DNA of 64,000 nucleotides from Eledone cirrhosa. Taxonomy: Eukaryota. Below the pieces are notes generated by a model. That model had not been told where the DNA came from. It searched no databases and saw only the letters and a program-made list of their open reading frames with translations. Positions 48,501-62,034 of this stretch are shown one piece after another. The first letter of the stretch is position 1. Every line of letters starts with the position of its first letter. The stretch covers positions 197,346,001-197,410,000 of the forward strand of contig OZ024740.1 in assembly GCA_964016885.1 (NCBI GenBank). Reading direction: 5' to 3'. The position numbers and the translations under genes were made by a program.

Positions 48501-51500
48501 TCAAGACATGTTGTATTATACAAATGAAGCAGACAGATTTTTAAACATGTAACTTTATTTTGCTATATTTGTTATCTTATTTCTTTTGACAACCCTTGCA
48601 ATAATCGAAAATAGATATAAAATGATTATGATGATGATGCTAATGATTATGACATACACCTCATGCACTTTGATATTAATCATAATTGTTTCTACTTTTG
48701 GTACAAGGCCAGCAATTATTCCAGTACATTACTGGTACTTTATTTTATTGACCCGTAAGGATGAAAGGCAAAGTTAACCTTGGCGGGATTTGAACTCAGA
48801 ACGTAAAGGGATGTAACTGCTTTGATGCTAATCATAATGGTGTACTGAAAGTTGATCTAATTTTACCAGGCATGATGTCACCCACAGCCCAACAAAAAGG
48901 TCTGACCTAGATTTGAATGTTTCAGGGAAAAACCAGATAGAGTCCTTGCTATGGTAAAATCAATGATTGCTGAACTTCATTAAAGGGGTCTTCATATTAA
49001 CATTTCCAAATCATCCAGTTTTGTAATATTATTCTATGGTGGATCTATTCACCGATTTTTTTCCCTCAATCATGGTCCCCTCCCCATCAGCATAATGTTC
49101 TCTTGGAGCTCTCATTTTTAATATCGCTTTTGAGCCCGTCTTTCTGCCAAAGTGTATGTCATTATATATCCTTAGAGCTAAGCTCTTAAGTACTTATCAT
49201 CTTTGTAAATCTTTGATGATTTAGTCTATGATAAAACTGAAAGTATGATTAATGTTGAATTTACTTCAGAATCCTGTGACTAGGTTGCATTGCCTAAAAT
49301 ATTTGGGAGTATAGGACTACATAAATGCCAATTTCTATCTCTATACTACTTCCTTTCTTCCATTCATGCTTGATCATTTTTGATGGGCAATGTCCTCTCC
49401 TTTCCAACAGGGACTAGCTCCAACACATAACTGGATGAAATTCTGCTACAGTAGAGAGAGCTGGGTTTGTCAGTCCCCGAGGAGAATAAGTTGACTCAGT
49501 GATTCTGGGACAAGTTGAAATATATTTTCAACTAATCATTCAATATTCAAAGAATCACCAATTTTCTGAGATGGCCAAATTTCCTGGAGATTAGCTTGAA
49601 GTTCTGTTGGTGAAAAGCCTTGGTGATTTGCTCTAGACATGAAATAAACATCTCGATCACTCTCAGAGTTGCCGGTGATGTCTGTGGTGGATAGAAGTCT
49701 CGATGTGGCAAGCCCCTTGATTTCATAGATGGTCATGTTGATTGAATACAAGTTAGATTGCTTGCCACACCAAGTTGAACCTAAATGCAACATAAGCCTA
49801 GACCACAGTGCATATATCTTCAATGCTGGAGCCAGTTAGACTGTCCAGGGTCAGTAACTCTTTTACTCCATCACACATTGGAAATACTGTAGTGGGTTGA
49901 ACGGAATATATTATTGAAATATATTATAGTTTTCAGCCAGTGGCAGTCGAGATGTTCAGGGAAGGTGGGTTGCTGACAAGGTCTTTGCCATCATTGGCAG
50001 TTTACCCTCACTGAAGTAACAAGTGATGGTTATCACAGTGCTACGGTAATGCAAATAGAACAGTAAATATAAAATAATTTTTGAGTTTGTTTTGTTTCTT
50101 TACAAAGCTATCACAACATGATTTTTAAGTATAAAATGTTTGAATAACTTGGGGATATAACCCCTTGAGATAGATAAAAGTGGATGGTCTATTTTTCCAC
50201 CTTGAGTGGTTATATACCAGATATATTCAACTATTTTATAGATAAAATACTGAGTTGTGGTAGCTTTGCCAGAACACAAACAAACTTTTTAAAAATATTA
50301 ACAAAGATGTTGAAATGTTACCATGGAAATATTTAATTGGTCCTTTATATTTCAGATAAAAAACAAAAAAAAAACATGTAAGTTATCGTGTATTGAACTC
50401 ATATTGAGAGTTATCTAACAAATGCTGTGTAATTGTTTAATTTTTTAACGACAGCCAATGATATCACAATCGTGTTTCAAGTGTACTCATGTTTTTTGCC
50501 TATATATTATGCTTCAGCTAAACAGGAGACACACACACACAATTTTATCCAACAGGCTCAAAGTACAGTCTGACAGTTTGAGGAGTACACAATTATTTCT
50601 GTTGCATAGGAATTACATTCAGTTTTATTATTATTATTACATGCTTGCTTCAGTTCTACAGTTTACTGTGCTTCATTGTAAATCTGTAAAATACTGTTCC
50701 TTGTTCATAAGGAAATAAACAAGATATGACAAAAGTATCTATTTTATTGTTAACTATTGTGGCATATTGAATTATGAAAAGGAGTTAAATAGCTAAAATG
50801 ACTCTTACAGGATGTAATTGTTTTAGTTTTAACATACAATCTCAGAGCAACTTAAATGGCAAAAAAATATAACTTGGGCTTTATTTAAATTTCAGCATTA
50901 GTTAGAACTCAAGATTCTGGGCCCCATAGTTGAGAAGACAAAAGATTGAGAAAAAGTGCTGATATCTTGATTAACAGACATGTCCAACCCACAATAGCAT
51001 ATAGAATGGACATTGATGAGAATGATTAACAAATTATATCATCCATTTTATATTTATATTAAGTTTAAGGGTACATACATAATATATATGAGAGAATGTG
51101 TATAAGATCCAGAATAGATATAATTATGGTATGATGAAATTTACTCCCAATATCATATAAATCAATATCATTTCTCCCTTCTGGAAATATGTTAGCTGGA
51201 ATATGCCACAAGGAAATGCACCTAGTACACTCTGTAAAGTGGTAGTGCTGGTGTCATGTTAAAATGCACTCAGTGTACTCTGTAAAGTAATAGTGTTGGT
51301 ACTATAAAATGTATCCAGTACACACTGTAATGTAGTTAGCATTAGGTTGGGCATCCAGCCATAGAAATCATGCTAGAATGGAACAGATGAGCAAGACAAG
51401 ATCATCTGACACATCTACTCTTAGAATGTGAAAATCTGTACAACCCATGTCAGCATGGAAAACAGACATAAAATGGTAATGATAGTGATAATAATTTTGA

Positions 51501-51850
51501 AAGACAGTTTTTATTAAAAATATCACAGTAGTAAGTAATCTCACCAATGTAGATATAGTTGAGGTTAGATAAAATATAGTGCTGGGAAGTTATCAAAACG
51601 TTATATCATTTTTCCTGTGTGAATATATTTAAGGTTATAGTTGATATTTTTTCTAAAAAAACAAATTTTGACATCAATAAAGTTACTCTCTTGTATTAAT
51701 ATATACATGTAGTTAAGTGACATTTTTGAGAAAATAATTTACCAGTGGTTCGCTCCTATATAAATACATTTGGAGGTAGTTAAATGACCTGTTTTAAACA
51801 ATGATTTACTTCAGCTAACAATTTTATAGCTTCTCTTCTGCAGTGGTTAG

Positions 51851-53395
51851 TCAACTTACTACTGCGTGATTTACCATAGATATCATCATGATATGATTTT
51901 TTTCATGTTTAGTTAAGCCACTTCTTTCAGAGAATGATTTACCACATATATCACAATGATATGGTTTCTCTCTTGTATGAACTCGTTTGTGTTTAGTTAG
52001 GTCACTATTTTGAGAGAATGTTTTACCACAAATATCACAGTCATATGGTTTTTCTCCTGTGTGAATATATTTGTGAATAGTTAAATGACTTGTTTGAGAG
52101 AATGATCTATCACACATATCACAATGATATGGCTTCTCTCCTGTATGACTATACTTGTGTGTAGTTAAGTGACCTGTTTGAGAGAAAGCTATACCACAGA
52201 TATCACAGCGATAGGGTTTCTCACCTGTATGGATGCGATGATGCTTTGTTAGGTGACTTTTATCAGAAAATGATTTACTACAGATATCGCAGTGATATGG
52301 TTTTTCTCCCGTATGAATATATTTGTGAGTAGTCAAGCTACTTCTTCCAGCGAATGATTTACCACAGATATCACAGTGATGTGGCTTCTCTCCTGTATGG
52401 ATACGTACATGAGAGGTTAAGTAACTTAATCCAGAGAATGATTTACCACAAACATCACAGACATATAGTTGTTCTCCTGTATGAATACATCTGTTGTGTA
52501 TAAGCAACTGACTTGTTTGAGAGAATGATTTACCACAAATATCACACTTATATGGTTTTTCTCCTGTATGAATACGCTTGTGTTTAGTTAAGTGATTTCC
52601 TACAGAGAATGATTTACCACAGATTTCACAGTGATATGGTTTCTCTCCTGTATGAATACGTACATGTTTAGTTAAGTGACTCTTATCTGCGAATGATTTA
52701 CCACAGATATCACAGAGATATGGCTTCTCTCCTGTATGACTATACTTGTGAGTAGTTAAGTGAACTCTCTGAAAGAATGATTTACCACAGACATCACAAT
52801 GAAATGGCTTTTCTCCCGTATGAATACGTTTATGTTTAGTTAAGTTGCCTCTTTCTGTGAATAATTTACCACAAACATCACAGTGATATGGCTTCTCTCC
52901 AGTATGAATACGTTTGTGAGTAGCTAATTCACTTGTTCGGGAAAATAATTTACCACAGATACCACAATGGTATGGCTTCTCTCCTGTATGAATACGTTTG
53001 TGAGCAGTTAAGACATTATTTCGTGAGAATAATTTACCACAGATATCACAGTGATATGGCTTCTCTCCAGTATGAATACGTTTGTGTTTAGTTAAGGTAC
53101 CTCCTTCAGAGAATGATTTATCACAGATAGCACAGTGATATGGTTTCTCTCCTGTATGAATTCGTTTGTGAGTATTTACTTCACATGTCCGAGAGAAATT
53201 TTTACCACAAATATCACAGTGATATGGCTTCTCTCCTGTATGAATGCGTTTGTGAGCAGTTAAGACATTATTTCGAGAGAATGATTTACCACAGATATCA
53301 CAGTGATGTGATGTTTTTCGTTTCTTTTCCATTATCTCATCAGAAATATCAATCCTTTCAGCTTTAACTGGGTTTTCAAAAAATTCACTTTCCAT
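51851..53395 (-). CDS. C2H2 zinc finger protein, 17 fingers (ZNF-4)
   Basis: Intact 514-aa ORF with tandem C2H2 fingers. Confidence 0.94.
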   Translation of the reverse strand: MESEFFENPVKAERIDISDEIMEKKRKTSHHCDICGKSFSRNNVLTAHKRIHTGEKPYHCDICGKNFSRTCEVNTHKRIHTGEKPYHCAICDKSFSEGGTLTKHKRIHTGEKPYHCDICGKLFSRNNVLTAHKRIHTGEKPYHCGICGKLFSRTSELATHKRIHTGEKPYHCDVCGKLFTERGNLTKHKRIHTGEKPFHCDVCGKSFFQRVHLTTHKYSHTGEKPYLCDICGKSFADKSHLTKHVRIHTGEKPYHCEICGKSFSVGNHLTKHKRIHTGEKPYKCDICGKSFSQTSQLLIHNRCIHTGEQLYVCDVCGKSFSGLSYLTSHVRIHTGEKPHHCDICGKSFAGRSSLTTHKYIHTGEKPYHCDICSKSFSDKSHLTKHHRIHTGEKPYRCDICGIAFSQTGHLTTHKYSHTGEKPYHCDMCDRSFSQTSHLTIHKYIHTGEKPYDCDICGKTFSQNSDLTKHKRVHTREKPYHCDICGKSFSERSGLTKHEKNHIMMISMVNHAVVS

Positions 53396-54557
53396 GACTT
53401 TTCTTCTTTTACCACAATATATTTCTCTTCTTTTTTATATATTTTATTCCCCTTCTGTTAAATTTCCATTAACTGTGATTTTTGTTGATATCTGATGTGG
53501 GCTGCAATCTCCTTTGCAAACTTGTCCAAGTTCAATTAGAATGCATATTGTACATATTCCATACAATAAAATAAAATTTGGCTATTAATCTCAATTTAGA
53601 GAAAATATTTCGCAGTAATATTACACAATCTGATAAATAGTGTTATATCTCTTCTGTATAAAATCTTCTTTTAGTCTTTAAAAATAATAAACATTAATGA
53701 TGTATCTCAGGTAAAAACAATTCTGTTGTGTCAATGTCTTCTGATATTCTGAAATAATAGAGAAACAGTATAAGATAAAGAGGATACTTAAAAAATAAAA
53801 AAGTTAACAGTGAAACTTTGGCTACTTTTCTGTAATGGTAGATTTGAAGTTTAATTTTTAATTTATCAAAATAACATCATACAACTTTGTGCAGAATAAC
53901 ATATAACCTTGTGTGAAGTCTTACAAACTACAGCTACACCTTCAGATTGTGTAATATATATTAAACTACAGCTACACCTTCATATTATGTAATATATGTG
54001 ACACTACAGCTACATCTTCAGATTGTGTAACATTAAACTACAGAATGGTGGACAATAACATTATTCTTTTTCGGAAACATCATTTCTTGATGTTGTTTAC
54101 AAATGAAAATCAAATAAAATTTACAGCTCACACCTAATGCAAGTTTAGTGGCTCCTATGAAATTACATCTCTGTGATAGTTTCTTTAATATTTTAATGAT
54201 AAGGCTCCTACAGCTCTGACTGAGCAAACCTATAACCCAAGCCAGGTTGTTTTCAGCTATGCTACAAAATTTATGATAGATCAAACACAAAGAAACTTAT
54301 TGATGAATGAAGAAAAGACTGAATGGGAACAACATTAACCAAACCTAGCTGGTATAAACCTAACTTAAGTGAATAACAAAGGTTGAATTGGTATAAAGTT
54401 GTGACTGGTCACTGACTGGATTAATATTACATTTGATGGAAATTCAGTTGAAATATCTGGGGAAAATATTACAATTCTGAGAAATTGTTTTCAAAGTTTA
54501 TATTTGAAAATTGATAAAATGGAAATAAATTAATATAAAAATGATTTATAGAAGGCA

Positions 54558-54786
54558 TGTTTGGTGGAATGATGAAGAGAATTAAATACAAAAGTATAAG
54601 TATCCAAGCTGTGTTTGGTGGAATGATGAAGAGAATTAAATACAAAAGTATAAGTATCCAAGCTGTGTTTGGTGGAATGGTGAAGAGATTTAAATATAAA
54701 ACTATCATGAGGTATATATATTCGATATATTTAATTCTCTTCACCATTCCACCTGTTTGATGGAATGGTGAAGAGAATTAAATATA
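54558..54786. repeat. 54-bp tandem repeat (3 copies) followed by a perfect hairpin
   Basis: TGTTTGGTGGAATG units start at 54558, 54612 and 54666; 26-bp stem at 54726-54786. Confidence 0.85.
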
Positions 54787-55947
54787 CTGAGTTGGCCATA
54801 AAAAAGTTTGTTCATCTTTTGCCAACATTAAACTTCAAGCGCTCTAATAAGTAACTAACTTCAGTCTGTCCCTTGAACATGTGCACTTATTAGATACTTG
54901 ACATTTCAACATAGTTTGACAAGTAATTGCTACAAGACAGGTTTCATTTTGTGTGCTTGGGATTATCTTGAAAATGGAGAACCAAAACGAACATTATCGA
55001 CAACTCATGCTTTTTTTATTTAAAAAAATCCAAGGAAGCAGTGGAACCTGCAGGAAGATATGCAGTGTATACAGAGAGGATGCTCTTATGTAACTTATGT
55101 GCCAGAAATTGTTTTCAAGATTTCAATTGGGAAATATTTCGGTTCAAGATGCACCTCCCTTGACACCAACCCCTTGTTATACAACCAGGATGACTGCAGA
55201 TATTCTCCAAATATCCAAATCGAATGTTTAAAACCCTCTGTATCAACTTGGCTACACCAACAGGCTTGATACTTGGCTTCCATCTCAATTAAATAAGGCT
55301 TTCCATCCATGATTCTTTGCAGAAACATGAAGAAAAAAATACTTTTTTGAAGAAAACGGATTGTCTATAACAATCTGAAGTGCAAACGATCATAGGGGAA
55401 ATGTGGCAAACCATGACAAACAACCTCCAAAGAAAGTTATGCTTTCAATTTGTTGGAATTGGAAAGGTATTATCTTTTACAAGTCTCTTCCCAAGGACAG
55501 AGCCGTTAATTTGGATGTGTACTGTGACCAGCTAGACAAATTAAATGTAGTGATTCACCAGAAGCATCCAGCTGCTAATTATAAGGGATTGTCTTTCATC
55601 ACAACAATGCCAGACTGCAAATTTCGTTGTCGACATGGCATAAGTTACTGGAGCTTGGTTGGGAAGTTTTGCTGCACCTTCCATATTCACCTGATCTTAC
55701 AACCTCAGATTTTTATCTGTTTCGTTATCTCCAAAAATCGTTGAATGAACACACCTTCAACCCTGAAGAGTTTTTCAACAGTAAAGACAAGAAATTCTTT
55801 CAGCAGGGAATAAAGGATCTGCCTACAAGATGGCAGAAGATACAGGATCGAAATAGTAATTATATCATTGATTGAATAAATTGCTTTGTGTTTAAAACTT
55901 GTCTTATTTTTTATTAAAAAACCGAATCAACTTTTTAGTCAACCCAA
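54787..55947 (+). mobile_element. Defective mariner (Tc1/mariner) DNA transposon
   Basis: KKVMLSICWNWKGIIFY and HLPYSPDLTTSDFYLF motifs; degenerate TIRs CTGAGTTGGCC../..GTCAACCCAA flanked by TA. Confidence 0.88.
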
Positions 55948-57196
55948 TAAAAGAACCATGGGGTATAAAAACTGTTTGGTGGAATATGAAACGAAGAATC
56001 TTTGATAGATTGTTTGGTAATGTGGAATATGACTGAAAGAACAACTGATGAAGTTCCAACACATGTTCTGTTTAGAGTAGTAGAACCTTAGAATTATACA
56101 AATGTCTTATGTTAAAAAAAACCCCGAACAACTTTTCCACTGTTATATAATTACTGCATTGTGTAAGTAAAATGTTGTTATGTTTCACTTCTATATACCC
56201 TGGAGTAGCCAAGTAGATAACCACAAAATTTTATTTATTGGCTTCTCGTCTCAGTGACGTAGTATGTGAGGCAGGTAAAGGCACATGACAGTTACCTCTC
56301 AGTCTTGCCAACCTTAGTGTCAATGTTGTCACAGCGAAGTATAACCTTTACTATAAATGACGACATTTCAATTCCCGGCGGCGCGTTGTGTTCTTGAGCA
56401 AGACACTGTATTTCATGTTGCTTCTGTCCACTCAGGCAAAAATGTATCTGTAATTCGAAGTGGAAGAATGGACGTAAAACGGTGATGATAATGATGAGCT
56501 TGTCACATTCTGTACCACACTGAATCTCCCTAAGAACTATGTTAAGGGTACGCGTATCTGTGGAATGCTCAGCCACTTGTACGTTAATTTCACGAGCAGA
56601 CTATTCCTGAACTGCAACACTCGTCGTCGTAACCGACTGAATGCCAGTCATAAATGACGAAATAATAGAGATGGAATATTGAATGAAATACTTTGTAGCG
56701 GTTGCATTAAAAAGGAAAGGAGTCGATCTTTAGATTGGACCAAAGAAACCTGTATCCATTGCTGTCATTCGCAACTCTGGCACGAGGAGCAATTTGAACT
56801 TAGAATGCATAGAACCGGATCAAATAATAATTCTTAGACAATTTCGCCAATCCAATCTTTTTTCATCGACTACGATAGGGGTGAAAGGCAAAGTTAACCT
56901 TGGCGGAAAATCAACCAAGAGCGCAGTGAGCTGGAAAAAATACCGAGGCATTTAATCCGATTCCTTGTAGAATAAATAATTCAGAGAACATCAGTCGGTA
57001 CACCTAACAGCATATATTGTATACGATATATACAACAAAGGAAAAACCTCATGTTTCATTTAGCGACGTTAAATCTAATTAATTGTGTATTTTATAATTT
57101 TCCAATTATTATAATTACGGTATATTGGGAGGGAGAACACAATTCTATTATTTACACACATTATTACAGACTTAAAATAAATTTTTGTCAACTTAC

Positions 57197-57480
57197 GCTT
57201 TTCAGAAGTAAACAGTGAATCATTGTGTGTTTTTATAAAACTACCAAATAATTAATCTCGTTGTTTTTACCTGTTTTAATCAACTTTAATCTACAACATA
57301 AACTGTAGATTCTTCTTCCTGCTGTGAAGCTGACTTTATATCATTAGCCGCAGTTTCGATTCGAAATAAAGTGTGTGTGTATATGTCTGTGTTATAATAT
57401 TTATCTTTGTAGAGAACTTCAATAAGACTTTTAGTCAACAGCTAAAATAATACAAGGTAACATTTAGGATAACATAGAAT
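57197..57480 (-). promoter_or_regulatory. Putative exon 1 / promoter module of ZNF-4
   Basis: Paralogous to the other three modules. Confidence 0.6.
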
Positions 57481-58018
57481 GGTAGATTTACCGAAAATGC
57501 CCCTCAGCCGTGTGCTTTCAACGAATCTGACCTCAAAATCAGTCGGAAATGACTATTTTTTTTCCTGGAGATTTTATTCATAATATTTTTATGAGTTTTC
57601 AACGAATCTGACCTCCAAAAGAAACGATAAAATGGGTGGTGTAAGATCATGTACAATATATATGTATGTTCGGCTATATCTCCATATCAGTTTGAGAACA
57701 CCCCCTCTTCTCCCCCTCTCTCATACACACACACATTACCAATAAGTAGGAATGAGGTGTCAAAGTATCATTACTAAGTTTATTCAGGTGTGACGCGCGT
57801 TTCGTGATTGATCAGCTCAATGTTCGATCTGTATCGATGGGTCCCAACTCTGGAATCAAACGTACTACACCACTTACCATACTTAAACGGGCCCACCTAT
57901 ATGTCAAGTGCTTAAGGCGGTGAACCGTAGTAACGTAAAGTTACAATCCTTTAAACTATATATATATATTACTCTTTTAACTGTTCCAGCCATCCGGCTG
58001 AGGCCATGCTGGGACACC

Positions 58019-58112
<94 letters not shown>

Positions 58113-58139
58113 CATTTTTTTTGAAGGATATATTCTTTT

Positions 58140-58945
58140 AATGCTGCAACATTAAAGAAAATGTAAAGGAAGGGGTGAACAACGGAGCCAAAACCAGAGC
58201 AAAAGATAGCAGTGTCGCGAGGAGTACCGGGCAACCTCTCTAATGATTTTTGAGGCAAGCCAGCACACTAGCAGCGTTGCCTCGGGTGATGGCGAGGCTA
58301 ATGCGCTGGAACAACCAAGCGCCCTCGCGAGATTCGCCAGTTACCTCTATTAGGCGAGCCGCCAGTGAAGAGAGGAACCTCGCAGTCAGCGGCCCGACTC
58401 CCCCAAACGTCTCGAAAGCCACAGGCTGAAAAATGTAGCTGGCCGACAGATCACAGAATTTGAGGGTCTTACTCGGCTCGGCTGCGGAAGCTGTGGCTCT
58501 CGTCCTAACCGCAGCATCCAGGATGTGGGAAGAAGGAAAAGAGTCACTAACAGTGACGTCCCAGACAAGGCACCTGCCTCTCGACCAGGGGCACAGGGTA
58601 AGGCCGTCAGGTCTTTTGCCATCACCTCTGGACAACCCAGATGGTTCTAAGATTGAGGGGATCTTCGCTCGGGCCAAAGCTCTCTTGAGAATGAGGTTTA
58701 GCCTCGTGTGACGCGCGATGCGGCCGGCATTCAGTCGGCAAGAAAGATCGTGGAGGCCTGTGGAGTAGAGGAGGTTGCAGCATCGGCACCTCAAACCCAT
58801 GCAGACGCCAGCTCCCACTCTAAGGGTGATGGAGACACGAAGTTCGTCCAGGCTGAGTAGGCCACCAACGTTGACCACGGGTAGGGCATCAACCCAGTCG
58901 CCTGAGTATTTGGCGCTGGTAGATAGTAAGCGGCATCTTGCAAAC
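58140..58945 (-). mobile_element. CRE-like 3' fragment with an uninterrupted zinc-knuckle and PD-(D/E)xK endonuclease reading frame
   Basis: CRC..H..SC, RH, LEP..GDGKRPDGLT..LVWDVT..K..K, AFETFG; 3' end lies next to (CA)n at 58021-58101. Confidence 0.88.
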
Positions 58946-59049
58946 TGAATTTGTGAAGGAACAGAGGTTGTGTTGTTGTTGGATAAAGTGTATTTATAAA
59001 GAAGAGGAAAGCACGAACGGGAGTAGTTTCCCTTCATCAGTTGTCTTCT

Positions 59050-59500
59050 GGAGATCATGGACATTTCTATCATCGTAATTATCATCGTTTTTAGGCGCTT
59101 GCGTGGGTTGGTCGGGTCCTTCACAGCACGGCATCTCTTCATTTGTCGCCTTCCTTCACCATCTCCTCTGCCAGTCTTAGCGACTTGAGGTTAGCTCTCA
59201 CAACCTCTGCCCAGGCCTTTCTTAGTCGTCCTCTACTGCAGCTTCCTTACGCTGGGATTTCCTGACATTTCCTCACCCATGCGCATCACATGTCCATACC
59301 AACACAGTCTTCTCTCCTGCCAGCTTCTCCCTCAGTTCGTCCATGCTCTGCCTTTCTATCACACTTACATTCCTTACCCAACGAAGCATGGTTGCTTCAT
59401 TTCTCTCCAGTCTACGCATGTCCTCAGCAGTTAGAGCTCATGTTTCAATACCATGCAGCATCAGCCGTCCTTTTGTACGCAGGGAGAAACCTTTTGTTAT
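59050..59500 (-). mobile_element. RTE LINE 3' fragment
   Basis: Homologous to 44550-44900 (RRLCWYGHV region). Confidence 0.65.
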
Positions 59501-59999
59501 CAACATTGGGAGTAGTTATTCAGACTTCTTCCATCCTATCCTTATTCTAGTTATTATACTCATCTAAAGTCATGAGTTCGATTCTCGGTGGCGCATTGTG
59601 TCACTGAGCAAGACACTTTATTTCGTGTTGCCTTAGTCCACATAGCTTGCAGAAAATAAGTTGTACCCATACACCGTATCATGCTGAATATTCATGTGAA
59701 CTACGATATGAGTCTGTGATTCACGAATCTGTGGTATGCTCAGCGACTTGTACGTTAATTTTACAAGCAGGCTGTTTCGTTGTTTGAACAACTGGCTCAA
59801 TCGTTGTCGGAAACGATGACGGTCTATACACAGAACACTGGACTGAACTATAATGTAGAGTACAGTAGATTAGACAGTATTTATGCACGTCACACCATAT
59901 ATTAGAAATTAGGGAAGTCAAGAATTTTTCATTTAATCATTTATACATAAATATATTATGTCAACTATATTTTACAAAAAGAAGTTAAACAATGATGGA

Positions 60000-60750
60000 A
60001 ATATGAAAAAAAAAAAAAATAAAAACAAAATTAATTAATGAAAGAAAGTGGGGAAGGGGTAAAGATGGGCAGATCTGGCTGTATAGGAAATAGAGGGAAA
60101 GGACTATAAATGCCATAAATAAGAGGAAGAGGAGGGAAAAAGCCACGGAAGAAAAGTAGGAGGATTGGAGAGGATGACAGGCTCTATACTTAAGGCGTTT
60201 CGGCTGCGTCCTGCAGACAAAACTGCAAAGGCATTTCCGCGGACAAGGGATAGCGACACCCGCGCAACAGCCACTCCACCTCGCGGGCCTCCTTCCCCAG
60301 ATGGGCTGTTAACGTTCCAATTTTACGGAGGAGCTCGGCAGTATGGGGTCCGAAGACGCCTGAGGTCTCGACGGTGAGTGGTGCGAAGAGGATGCAGCTG
60401 GACAATCTCCGGTATTTGTTTGTTTTCCTGTCCTCTGCATTGCAGGCCGCGGTACCGGGGTTTGTGGCCGAAGCGACTAAGTTGGAGGTGGAGAACGTGT
60501 CACAACATGTGGCGTCCCAGATGAAGGATTTACCTCCTTCGACTGGGAAGAGGGTCGAAACCTGCTTGCTGGCTCCAGTTGTGATGGGAAGCTACCTGCA
60601 TCTAGGCTCCTTCTTAATATGTTGTGAGAGGAGCATGTCGGGGAAACCAGCCTCTAGCGACATGATAGTGGGTGCAAGCCAAACTCGTCAATTATAACCC
60701 CACACTATATTTGTGTGGCTCACACACGAAGGCCAAGGAGTTGGGTTACT
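60000..60750 (-). mobile_element. CRE-like 3' fragment with T-rich 3' end
   Basis: FIWDATCCDTFS, FAPLTVETSGVFGP, EAREVEWL. Confidence 0.75.
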
Positions 60751-61189
60751 TCGATGCGAGTGCACTCGTTTCAATTTAATGTAGGCAGATAAAAAACGAA
60801 ATAAAGCGTAAAATACGTTCTGTTAATCTCTTCACACACAAAATATAAGATATACCATTACAGGTTTTCACGGCCTTCCTAATTTGCTGGAAATTTAGCT
60901 GATATTTCTAGTAAATGGAGTGACAACACAGAGATGTTACTATCGGTTATTTTTATCCCCACCTTAAATCTGAGCGACGAAGATGAAACAATCCGACAGA
61001 TGTATTATCAATGGCATTCCAGTCGTGACTATCTTGTGTTTATATGACTATCTAAGAATAAATCATCTAATGATAAGAAGGAAATATTTGGCTGCTTTTT
61101 TTAGCAGACTGAAAGACGTTAAAGGGTAGATAGCTGTTATAAACCTTTTGTGTGAATTTCTGCGATTGCTTTTCTATTTGATTGTATAA

Positions 61190-61500
61190 TATAAACAGTA
61201 TTTTCTTCGGGCATGTGGTTAGAATGTCCCAGGAAAGAATTGCTGGACAGATTTTACGGGCAAAACCAACCGACAGGACACCCAGGGGTAGACCCCGAAC
61301 AATTTGATTAGATAACATCCATATGCTTGGCTGGTCATGTTTGGTGATTCAGCCGCATCTGACAGGACCCGCTGAAGGGAGTGTTTGAGGACTCTGCCCA
61401 TACGGCCCTCGCAGAAATAAGTGAGTGAAGAAGAAGAAGAAGAAGAAGAAGAAGAAGAAGAAGAAGAAGAAGAAGAAGAAGAAGAAAAGGTAGAAGAAGA
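61190..61500 (+). mobile_element. RTE 3' end with a (GAA)n tail
   Basis: FFGHVVRMSQERIAGQIL..RTPRGRPRT; (GAA)n at 61427-61486. Confidence 0.7.
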
Positions 61501-62034
61501 TCTTTCTTATTTGTGGAGTTATCATCATAGTTGGGGGTTGTTTAAGAACTCAGGCCATTCAGGTAAGTTTCCTTTTCTAGTCTGACTTAGTTGAATTATG
61601 TTTAAAGCTTGTACTAGTCATGACCAACGAAGATTTGAGAGAGAATATGGGCTCTATTTCTAACACGTTGGGGAACCGACCACACGCACATACAGACACT
61701 AGTACTCACGCATTAATATACATACATTCATACCCCCTCATATGCATGCGATATCGAAAACAATTTCACCAATCCATCGCCTCTGGAGTTGTACTTTATT
61801 TATCGATCCAGAAAGGATGAAAGGAAAAGTCGACTTCGGTGGAATTTGAATTCAGATCAAAGAAAGTCGAAATAAATACAAATTACTGACACCCTAAAAA
61901 CTTCATGAAGTAAACAAAATAATACCAGAACGAAGAGGAGACACAGACGAAAACAAATGGTTATTGATGAGGTCGCAGAATGTGACGAAAGAACTTCGAC
62001 AACTCCACGCGATAACGAACTAAAACTAATAATG

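Larger units (their letters stand above)
53749..57196 (-). other. Predicted 5'-UTR intron of ZNF-4
   Basis: Conserved donor and acceptor; about 3 minisatellite units at 53925-54045. Confidence 0.7.
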
